From NCBI GenBank assembly GCA_048941265.1, contig JBHLNT010000016.1:1-35480 (forward strand): a DNA stretch of 35,480 nucleotides, read 5' to 3'. This stretch comes from Promethearchaeota archaeon (lineage in GTDB: Archaea > Asgardarchaeota > Lokiarchaeia > Sigyniarchaeales > SOKP01). Position 1 is the stretch's first letter. Each line of letters starts with the position of its first letter. This document shows positions 1-7,442 of the stretch, one piece after another. Below the pieces are notes generated by a model, which was not told the origin of the DNA, searched no databases, and worked only from the letters and a program-made list of their open reading frames with translations. The position numbers and the translations under genes are program-made.

Positions 1-1245
1 GTTAGAAAGAAAGCTAGATATGTTACTAATGATTGCAATGGATGTGGAGCTTGCACTGAAGTATGTCCTGCATATGGGTATGATGAATTTAATGAAGGAT
101 TGAATTCGAGAAGGGCGATATATATATCATTTGCTCAAGCTGTTCCCTCGACAGCCCAGATAGATATGACCAAATGCATAAAATGTGGATTATGTAAGAC
201 GACTTGCGAATTAAATGCTATAGATTTTGACCAGAAAGATGAGATCATTGATATTAAGGTTGGATCAATTATCGTAGCTACAGGGTGGGATGAATATGAA
301 CCTGAAACAGGATATTTAGGTTATAACATTTATCCAAATGTAATTACTCAAATGAAACTCGAAAGGATATTAGCTCCCAATGGACCCTCAATAGGACACC
401 TTGCCCGACCTTCTGATGGTAAATTACCTAAGAGAATATTATTCATACAATGTGTTGGTTCAAGAGATCTGAATATGAATATGTATTGTAGTTCTGGTGT
501 ATGTTGTATGATTGCTATTAAAAACTCAAAGTTAATTAAGCAACATTATCCTGATTCAGATATATCAGTCGCTTACATGGACATAAGAGCTGCAGGTAAA
601 GATTATGAAGAATATTTCACTGCATCTAGAAAAGAAGGAATTAGATATATTAGAACTAACGTTTCTAGGATAAAAGAAGACCCCGAAACTCACAACTTAA
701 AGATTTTAATGCAAAATACATTGAGCTCAAGTGAATTAAGAGAGCTTGAATTTGATTTAGTAGTTTTATCTGCTGCTATGGTCCCTGCTAAAGGGGTCGA
801 TAAACTTCAAAAAATATTAAAACTTGAGACGAGTCAAGACGGTTTTTTCAAAGAATTTCATTCAAGATTAAATCCTATTGATACAAAAATACCGGGAATC
901 GTTCTTGCTGGTGTATCTCAAGGACCAAAATCTATCGCAGAGTCTATAGCTCAAGGAAGAGCCGCAGCGTCATCATTATCAAGAATGATGAGTAAAGATA
1001 AATACAGAATCCTTTTAATACGTGCTAATGTTAATAAAGAAGAGTGTGCAAAATGCGGTTTATGTGAATTAAATTGTCCTTATGATGCAATTAGTTTAAA
1101 ATCCGATGGCGCTGAAGTGGATGAGATTTTATGCAGAGGCTGTGGGACATGTCTAGCCAATTGTCCCTCTGAAGCTATAACATTACGTTATTATCGTGAA
1201 CCACAATATGAAAGACAAATAGATGCAATTTTAGAGGAAATATAA
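1..1245 (+). CDS. hdrA: Heterodisulfide reductase subunit A (FAD/4Fe-4S), 5'-truncated by the window edge
   Basis: Frame is open from base 1 (VRKKARYVTNDCNGCGACTEVCP...), so the true start lies upstream of the window. Ferredoxin CxxCxxCxxxC motifs and HdrA signatures GSIIVATG, FIQCVGSRD, YCSSGVCCM, YMDIRAAGK, QGPKSIAESIAQG. Followed by mvhD. Confidence 0.93.
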   Translation, partial: VRKKARYVTNDCNGCGACTEVCPAYGYDEFNEGLNSRRAIYISFAQAVPSTAQIDMTKCIKCGLCKTTCELNAIDFDQKDEIIDIKVGSIIVATGWDEYEPETGYLGYNIYPNVITQMKLERILAPNGPSIGHLARPSDGKLPKRILFIQCVGSRDLNMNMYCSSGVCCMIAIKNSKLIKQHYPDSDISVAYMDIRAAGKDYEEYFTASRKEGIRYIRTNVSRIKEDPETHNLKILMQNTLSSSELRELEFDLVVLSAAMVPAKGVDKLQKILKLETSQDGFFKEFHSRLNPIDTKIPGIVLAGVSQGPKSIAESIAQGRAAASSLSRMMSKDKYRILLIRANVNKEECAKCGLCELNCPYDAISLKSDGAEVDEILCRGCGTCLANCPSEAITLRYYREPQYERQIDAILEEI

Positions 1246-1246
1246 A

Positions 1247-1253
1247 GAGGTGA
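1247..1253 (+). promoter_or_regulatory. Shine-Dalgarno site (GAGGTGA) for mvhD
   Basis: GAGGTGA lies 5 nt upstream of the TTG at 1259 and matches the archaeal anti-SD. Confidence 0.7.
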
Positions 1254-1258
1254 ACGAT

Positions 1259-1732
1259 TTGTCATTAGAAAACAATATTAAAATTATCGCATTTTTATGT
1301 TGGAAATGAGGATACGGGGCAGGGGATATGGCTGGAACAATTCGAGCACAATATCCTGCGACAATTAGACCAATTAGAATTAATTGTACGGGGAGAGTTA
1401 CTCCAAGCTTAATGATGCGAGCGATAGGCAAAGGGGCTGATGGTGTCATTGTGTCAGGTTGATACCCCGGAGAATGTGATTATGAAACTGGAAATCTTGT
1501 AGCTGAAAAAAATGTTCAATATGTAAAAGAAATTTTAAATTCAACCGGGATATCTCCTAATAGAATTCAAATGTTTCACTGTAGTGCTGCGGAAGGACAA
1601 AGATTTCAGGAAGAAATTACACGTATTTCCAGTATTATTGAGAGTCTTGGAAAAAATCCGCTAAAGGAAAGTGATGTTTTAAATAAAAAGGATAAAAAAA
1701 CTATTAATAATGAAAAAACAAAAACCGAATAG
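1259..1732 (+). CDS. mvhD: MvhD/VhuD hydrogenase delta subunit (2Fe-2S), predicted selenoprotein with 2 Sec (UGA at 1307-1309 and 1460-1462), 157 aa
   Basis: Manual translation from TTG 1259: MSLENNIKIIAFLCWK*GYGAGDMAGTIRAQYPATIRPIRINCTGRVTPSLMMRAIGKGADGVIVSG*YPGECDYETGN...MFHCSAAEGQRF...TAG(1730-1732). Matches the MvhD motifs FxCxxC-YxxAD, RxxCxGRV, GADGVxxxGC--GxC and SAAEG, with both TGAs at conserved Cys positions. Absent from the ORF track. Confidence 0.92.
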
Positions 1733-1733
1733 A

Positions 1734-1769
1734 ATGACTCTTGGGAAAAAAATTTAGTCCTAAGAAGAC
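1734..1769 (+). ncRNA. SECIS element, eukaryote/Lokiarchaeota type (AUGA-N...N-GA core, 8-bp helix, A-rich loop)
   Basis: ATGAC at 1734-1738; helix TCTTGGGA (1739-1746) pairs with TCCTAAGA (1758-1765) with one G-U; loop AAAAAATTTAG; AGAC (1766-1769) supplies the tandem G.A/A.G pairs. Starts 2 nt after the stop of a gene with two in-frame UGAs. Confidence 0.8.
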
Positions 1770-1892
1770 TAACCTCGCAAAGGTATCGGAATTAATATTT
1801 TAAATTAGTTTAAAAATTTTATATAATTCTTTTAATTTTCTATGTTAAGATTTTTTTATTTTAAGAATTATAAGTTAAATGTGTAGTTCAAA

Positions 1893-3203
1893 ATGGGAAA
1901 AGATCCTCATCTAAATGCGAAAAAAGAATTAAATAAAGCTGAGCTTTATTTTGATAATGAGCAATATAAAAAAGCAGGAAAATCTTTTAAAACTGCCGGA
2001 GATTTATATTTCAAATTAAAAGAATTCAAAATTGCAAGAGAATGTTATTCATATGCCGCAAAATCTTTTGATTTTGAGAATAGAGCAGATATAACTATTG
2101 AGGCTCTAAGAAACGCAGGTGATTCTTCGCTGTTTGTTGATGATTTTACTACCTCTAATAAATTTTTTAAAAATACCATTCATTATATTCCTAATCTACG
2201 AAAACTTGAAAATCGTAATTTATACTTCTTATTTTTTTCTACACTTTCATATTTATGCTTATTTTTGGAAGGGAAACAAGATCAAGGACTGGATTTTATC
2301 AAAGAGATAAGAAAGGAAGTGGACAAGGATTATTTCAAAGATTCTATTTATATAACACTAATAAAAAATTTGACCATTGCCATCCGAGATAAAAATGAGA
2401 GTTATTTAAATAAAATCGAACAAGACTTCAACCAATATGATTTTAGTTACCCGGAACAAAAACTTTTAAAATTAGTCTTAGCACTTGCTAATGCTCATAT
2501 CTCAATAAAAACAAATATGAGTCTCGATAAAGACCAGTACACAACAAGAGATATGATTACTCTAACGTTAACTCTTGATACAGCACCCATTATTCAAGTC
2601 TCAAAACATTCTTTTTATGATTATAACTTCAAGAAAATAAAAATAACAAACATAACAACGTCCCTCTCTGAGAACATTATCGTGCAAACAAAACCCCCAC
2701 TGCCCATTGATTTAAATCCTGGTGAAAATTTTGATTTTATATTTGCTTTAAAACCACACTTTCAAGTTGATAAACCCTTTATTGGACCATTCTTAATGAC
2801 ATGCGAGTTCGATGATAAATTCATAATACATCGTCAAGATTCGGAAAAAATTGAACCAAATATCATATCTCCTCCTCCATCTTTAGAAATTTCAATGAAA
2901 AATCTTAGACCACCCCTTATTGGTCAATCATTTCCAATGGAGTTCCTAATTGAAAATAAAAGTGAAGGTGATGCTCTAGAACTCAATATTGAAATTGAAT
3001 TTCCTGAACAATTAAAATTAATGAGAGGCACTACTAAAAAGCAGATTTACTCTCTTAGTTCTAATGAGAATATCAATTGGGAACTTTCTCTTAAACCTAT
3101 AGAAGCAGGTGATTATATTATCAAAATGGACATAAAATATAAAGATCCCGACCAAAATCTAATTGAAGAGACCAAATCATTTCCTTTTGCTATTAAAATG
3201 TAA
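1893..3203 (+). CDS. TPR/alpha-SNAP-like helical repeat protein with two C-terminal Ig-like (CARDB/TRAPP-type) beta-sandwich domains
   Basis: N-terminal A-x-x-x-Y/F-x-x-A helical repeats (AGKSFKTAGDLYFKLKEFKIARECYSYAAKSF). C-terminal beta-rich segments (LNPGENFDFIFALKP; FPMEFLIENKSEGDALELNIEIEFPEQL; WELSLKPIEAGDYIIKMDIKYKD). Confidence 0.6.
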   Translation: MGKDPHLNAKKELNKAELYFDNEQYKKAGKSFKTAGDLYFKLKEFKIARECYSYAAKSFDFENRADITIEALRNAGDSSLFVDDFTTSNKFFKNTIHYIPNLRKLENRNLYFLFFSTLSYLCLFLEGKQDQGLDFIKEIRKEVDKDYFKDSIYITLIKNLTIAIRDKNESYLNKIEQDFNQYDFSYPEQKLLKLVLALANAHISIKTNMSLDKDQYTTRDMITLTLTLDTAPIIQVSKHSFYDYNFKKIKITNITTSLSENIIVQTKPPLPIDLNPGENFDFIFALKPHFQVDKPFIGPFLMTCEFDDKFIIHRQDSEKIEPNIISPPPSLEISMKNLRPPLIGQSFPMEFLIENKSEGDALELNIEIEFPEQLKLMRGTTKKQIYSLSSNENINWELSLKPIEAGDYIIKMDIKYKDPDQNLIEETKSFPFAIKM

Positions 3204-3457
3204 GGGCACAATAGTCTTCACCTTAATGATAGAAAAAATTTCCATATTACATGCATGTTTATTTTATAGTTCTCTTATTTCTCTTATCAGCTCTGAAGCT
3301 TCATTAATCTTAGTTTCAATTAAGAACTATATTTCGGAGGGAACATTAGCTATGCAATTTGAATTTTTACCTTATAATTGATAATTAATCATCTATTTTT
3401 ATTTAAAAGTTTCAAGAAAATTAGAAAAAAAAATTTTAAAAAAATGTATTAAATATT

Positions 3458-4549
3458 TCAGCTTTTTATGATTGGAACTAATTTTTCAATAACATCAATA
3501 ATTGCGATCTCTGCATTGTTTTGGTCACCTTTAGATTCGAGCAGAGAGATTGTCCGACCTTGTGCTTCAAGAAGGAGCTTAGGAATTGGAGTTGTCGAAA
3601 TATTTCCCTGATAATCCGGAGCATAGCGAACAAGCAGAGAGACGGGACAAGAAGTTGTGGTCTCTCTCAATATATCCCGAATATTCTTAATAATGACCTC
3701 ATCGGGGCTGGGGATGTCAATACTTAGAAAAATTCCGTCAAAATCATCAGGATAGCCTTTCCACCACGTATTAACATTCAGTAATTTCGGTTTCTTCAGG
3801 TTTAAAATTTCACTGGCTTCTAGTTTTCCTCCTTCTATAATAAGATGGGGAAAACGGTATGAGAAGTAGTCCTTTTCAACAGTACAATTGGACGCACATA
3901 ACAGATCGAAATTTTGCTTCACGGCATAACGAAGAGTCGGAAGCACATCCCAAGTTGATCCAAAAATGCCCAAGCGGATGGTCCGCCCTAATGAGCTCCC
4001 TATCGTTTCGAGAAAATAGATATTTTTACTTAACGCAGTGTATGGAGTCGTGTCTCCTGATTTTAATTCTTTTATTCTGTAGCGTTCCTCATTAACGAGT
4101 TCCATTAAATTCGTATTTAATTCGTCTAAACCTTGTTTAGTAATATCATTTACATCCTCTTTATTCTCGAACCAATTATCCAATGCGATTTGAATATTTT
4201 TGCGGCATCGCGAAAACAAGTGGTCGTGGCAAACTGGAAAAAAAACCATGAGAAATGTTGGTGTTAAATTTCCTTCACGTGCTACTCTGGGATCTTTAAT
4301 TGTCTCATCCTTGGCTAGAGTGCAGTAAATAAAGGAGAGCTGATCATAGTGATATGCGACGGGCAATGGACCGAAAAGGAGCCCTTTTTTATCTCGTACT
4401 GTGCTAAAAATTACCGAATAATAGTTTCCAATTGTCATAAGTTCCACTTCTTTCAAAAAGGGAACGTTTTGGGAAATCATTAACTCGATACCATTATCGG
4501 TGAGTTCGAAACAACTTATAAAAATATCCGTCGGATTCACTTTTTGCAC
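3458..4549 (-). CDS. Longin/uDENN-like N-terminal domain fused to a degenerate small-GTPase-like domain
   Basis: N-terminus resembles Asgard longin-like proteins (FISCFELTDNGIEL...GLLFGPLPV...DPR...MVFFP). The C-terminal ~175 aa keep the GTPase strand order (IRLGIFG, FDGIFLSID, PVSLLV, ISLLES..NNAEIAI) without GKT/DxxG/NKxD. The start may be the GTG at 4540, since GAGGTG precedes it. Confidence 0.55.
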   Translation of the reverse strand: MQKVNPTDIFISCFELTDNGIELMISQNVPFLKEVELMTIGNYYSVIFSTVRDKKGLLFGPLPVAYHYDQLSFIYCTLAKDETIKDPRVAREGNLTPTFLMVFFPVCHDHLFSRCRKNIQIALDNWFENKEDVNDITKQGLDELNTNLMELVNEERYRIKELKSGDTTPYTALSKNIYFLETIGSSLGRTIRLGIFGSTWDVLPTLRYAVKQNFDLLCASNCTVEKDYFSYRFPHLIIEGGKLEASEILNLKKPKLLNVNTWWKGYPDDFDGIFLSIDIPSPDEVIIKNIRDILRETTTSCPVSLLVRYAPDYQGNISTTPIPKLLLEAQGRTISLLESKGDQNNAEIAIIDVIEKLVPIIKS

Positions 4550-4564
4550 CTCTTCTCTTGTGAT

Positions 4565-5419
4565 TTATGTCATCACTGTGATTTGTTGCTGGAAAACACG
4601 AGGGCTGTACAACCCATATCTTTTTCTTAACCAATTAGGGATAAAAAACGCCCAGTAAAACCCGAGACTACTGATTACTAAGAAAGAAACGGTTAAAATA
4701 CCAAGCCCGACAGCCAACGCATAGTTCCACCCATTTGTAAAGAAGATTTGTTCGGTGAAGATTAGAGCGAAACCCATAAATAAAAACCCTAAAATGCCGA
4801 TCAACCCTACGATATACATTTCCATTCGAATTTGCATCAATTTAGAGGCATTGTCGTGTTTTTCCCTAGTCATTTGGATAAGCATATAAAGTAGAATAGG
4901 TAGTACGAGAAAATTAACAATGATATTAGGAATATTTGTTTCTGAACGCATAATAACGAAAAAGGGAATCGATCCGATTGCTAGAACTATTGCTGCTTTA
5001 TTTGCCAGAATAAGATTATTTAACCGTTTCATTCGACTTCCCGGTACGCGAATACTCCTCTGGGAGAGAACAAGCGCATAATAAAATACTAAGGCGAAAG
5101 CGGGCACCGTTCCGATACTCCTAGTAATTCCATACGTCTGATCGGTCATAAATCGGACGCTATAATCGAGACAAGTCAGGGCAGACCGCAGAGACAAGCC
5201 AAAAACTATCATCATTGCTGGAAAAAGTGTGTTGCTGATCTCTTTTTGCCGATGCCAGAATTTATATAACCGAAATCCGATAAATGCCATTATAAGCGCA
5301 CCAGATAACTCTATTAAGATAAATTCTATTGATCCCTTCGCATTGCTCCCAAAGCCGAGAATGGGGTTCTCAATCCGAAAGAGGAAAAAATCTCTTATTA
5401 CATCTAAAATTGTCGTCAT
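4565..5419 (-). CDS. Seven-transmembrane membrane protein (putative receptor/sensor)
   Basis: Seven hydrophobic segments counted by eye, basic loops (HRQK, RMKR, REKH) and a C-terminal YWAFFIPNWLRKR motif. GGTGA SD overlaps the upstream stop codon. Confidence 0.7.
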   Translation of the reverse strand: MTTILDVIRDFFLFRIENPILGFGSNAKGSIEFILIELSGALIMAFIGFRLYKFWHRQKEISNTLFPAMMIVFGLSLRSALTCLDYSVRFMTDQTYGITRSIGTVPAFALVFYYALVLSQRSIRVPGSRMKRLNNLILANKAAIVLAIGSIPFFVIMRSETNIPNIIVNFLVLPILLYMLIQMTREKHDNASKLMQIRMEMYIVGLIGILGFLFMGFALIFTEQIFFTNGWNYALAVGLGILTVSFLVISSLGFYWAFFIPNWLRKRYGLYSPRVFQQQITVMT

Positions 5420-5426
5420 TTGTAGC

Positions 5427-6368
5427 TCACCTTATCCTCCTTTCTTTAATTACGGGTTTTGTCAGCATTCTGTTTCCGAGTAGTATATAAAATTCGGCAT
5501 CTGCGTTAGAACAGTGAAATATATCAGCAGCTTCTGGTACAATGGCATTATCTTGAATAATACCTTTTTCTTTATAGTTCTTAACGATCTCTTTAACACG
5601 CCATGCCTGTTCATAGATTTCAGAGAGAACTTGGATTATTTTAGCTGTATCGTTGGATTGAATGGCTGTAGCAAGTAGATCTGTGACATGAGATTCATAC
5701 AAAGAGAAAACTTCTTGGTTCTCAAAATCTACAATAGTAAGTTTGTCCATGTGCTGTTCGACTATTATCTCCGTTTCTTGGTTAGTAGGCATTCCGATCA
5801 ATTTGAAATCGTCCGAAAAGCTCTCGGTATATGTAGCCATTAAAGTATTTTTGGCTAATTCAGAAGGTAGAAGTGAAAGGAGGGCTAAAAATAGTTTTTT
5901 GGTCCTCTGTTCTTCATTACTTAACGCTATTATCGGACTACCTGTTAGAGTCGCAAATAAGAGCCCGTTTAATCCTTTCAGTTCCGCTAGATCTGATACT
6001 GAATAATCCGTATTGATGTTAACATTTGGTAATTTACTATGAGTATTTAGATACTCATTTAATGTTTTGGTATCGGGATAAAGTGCCAAATTATCCGTGA
6101 GGTTGTCGGTAGAGGCTAGAAGAATCCCTATCAGAGCATGTTCTGGATTCCCAACATATTGTAGATAGAATGCTGTACCATTTCTAGTGATAATGTTTGA
6201 GAATGTTTCATTTGGATCGCTCACATTAATTAAAGTAAGTATCATCTGTTCCTCATCCTTAGACAAAGTACTTTCGATAAATTCAACGCCGGTATATTCG
6301 CGTGTAACTTTAATAATCCCGTATTTGAGGGTTTTATCTTGTAAAGACAATGAATTTTCTTTAACCAT
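5427..6368 (-). CDS. DENN-like protein (putative GTPase regulator/GEF)
   Basis: LLFATLTGSPIIALSNEEQRTKKLFLALLSLLP...DFKLIGMP...LTIVDFENQEV follows the cDENN pattern (LLxALL-xxxIIxxS...ALLSLLxP; FLIG; VIVDLD), preceded by a longin-like alpha/beta N-terminus and followed by a helical C-terminus. Lies 24 nt downstream of a GTPase gene. Confidence 0.6.
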   Translation of the reverse strand: MVKENSLSLQDKTLKYGIIKVTREYTGVEFIESTLSKDEEQMILTLINVSDPNETFSNIITRNGTAFYLQYVGNPEHALIGILLASTDNLTDNLALYPDTKTLNEYLNTHSKLPNVNINTDYSVSDLAELKGLNGLLFATLTGSPIIALSNEEQRTKKLFLALLSLLPSELAKNTLMATYTESFSDDFKLIGMPTNQETEIIVEQHMDKLTIVDFENQEVFSLYESHVTDLLATAIQSNDTAKIIQVLSEIYEQAWRVKEIVKNYKEKGIIQDNAIVPEAADIFHCSNADAEFYILLGNRMLTKPVIKERRIR

Positions 6369-6392
6369 GTTTTTTTCAACTCTATGTTATTT

Positions 6393-6968
6393 TTAAAATA
6401 CATTACTGCGTTCCATTGCACTTACAAACCACAGCATAGCATCTTCAACACCATTCCCAAACTTAGCGGAAGATGGTAAAAACGCCACTGTCCGTGCCTT
6501 TAATTTATCGAGAGGGTAAATTTTTCCAAATTCCTTCGGATTAATTGGATTTTCGTCTACTAAATCTTGTTTGTTCAGCAAGATCAGGATTACTGCGTCT
6601 TCGGGAATAAGATCCATGGCATAGATATACTGTTGTTTTTGAAACTCGAAAATCTCAGGCCGATTTTCCGGTCTCACCGTCGCATCAATTAGATAGATAA
6701 AGGAATTCGCTTGTTCCACAGCAAGTTCCCAGAATACTTCCTGGTACACTTGTTGGCCACCCACATCAATCAGCTGAAACCGCCAATTAGCAATTTCAAC
6801 ACCTCTTTGCCGGATTTCAATCCCTAGCGTAGACAAAGGAACTTCTAATTGGGGCATCCCTGTTTCTAGAAATTTAACCAATGTAGTCTTTCCAGATTGG
6901 GACGGACCAAGAATACTGATGTTTGCTCGTTTTTCTAATTTTCTACTTTTTAAAAGACTTTTAAGCAT
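6393..6968 (-). CDS. Arf/Sar-family-like small GTPase
   Basis: G1 GPSQSGKTT, G2 STLG, G3 DVGGQ, switch II Trp (FWE), G4 NKQD, G5 SAK, C-terminal AMLWF and N-terminal amphipathic MLKSLLKSRK. No Gly2 for myristoylation. Confidence 0.85.
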   Translation of the reverse strand: MLKSLLKSRKLEKRANISILGPSQSGKTTLVKFLETGMPQLEVPLSTLGIEIRQRGVEIANWRFQLIDVGGQQVYQEVFWELAVEQANSFIYLIDATVRPENRPEIFEFQKQQYIYAMDLIPEDAVILILLNKQDLVDENPINPKEFGKIYPLDKLKARTVAFLPSSAKFGNGVEDAMLWFVSAMERSNVF

Positions 6969-7442
6969 TGTTTTATCATTCCGTATTTTTTTTAATTCTT
7001 ATATTGATTATTTTTACAATTTGTTTACTAAATTTACAATTAACATAATCATGAACTAATAACTTAAAAGTTCACGCAGTAAAAATTTTAGGTGTATCAT
7101 AGAGACGAAAAAATGTTAAAGTCTCAATATTTAATAATAAAAAACAGGATCATATGACGCGAGATTATTTCTAATATCTCTTTAATTGACAGATCTTCAT
7201 TAAAACTCGAATTGAATTGAATTTTAAAAAAATTAAAATTAATTATAGGTCCTACTAAAAATATAGATAATCCCTTAGTTCTAATGAAAATATAAACTGG
7301 AAACATGAAGTATTTTTCTGCAATATGTTTAGAAATACAATAAATAGTACAAATTTATATATTTCATATTAAATTTTATACATTGTGGTTTTTTAACTTA
7401 CAACTAAATACAGTATCAAAATAAAAAATCAAAAAAATTGAA

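Noticed and set aside
100-102. TTG start of hdrA at 100
   Set aside because: The frame is open to base 1 and includes a ferredoxin motif; the gene begins upstream of the window.
1231-1449. 72-aa minus-strand ORF from the track
   Set aside because: Antisense shadow of the recoded mvhD gene.
1259-1732. mvhD as a pseudogene, or genome-wide TGA reassignment
   Set aside because: Both TGAs fall at Cys positions with a SECIS-like hairpin downstream, and TGA terminates other genes normally (ends at 21691, 25805, 3458, 5427).
3249-3258. Perfect palindrome ACATGCATGT
   Set aside because: A single 10-bp palindrome is expected by chance in 35 kb, and it lies in a convergent gap.
4565-5419. Rhodopsin (schizorhodopsin/heliorhodopsin) or a true GPCR orthologue
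   Set aside because: No retinal-binding Lys in helix 7 and no DRY/NPxxY motifs; only the 7TM topology is supported.
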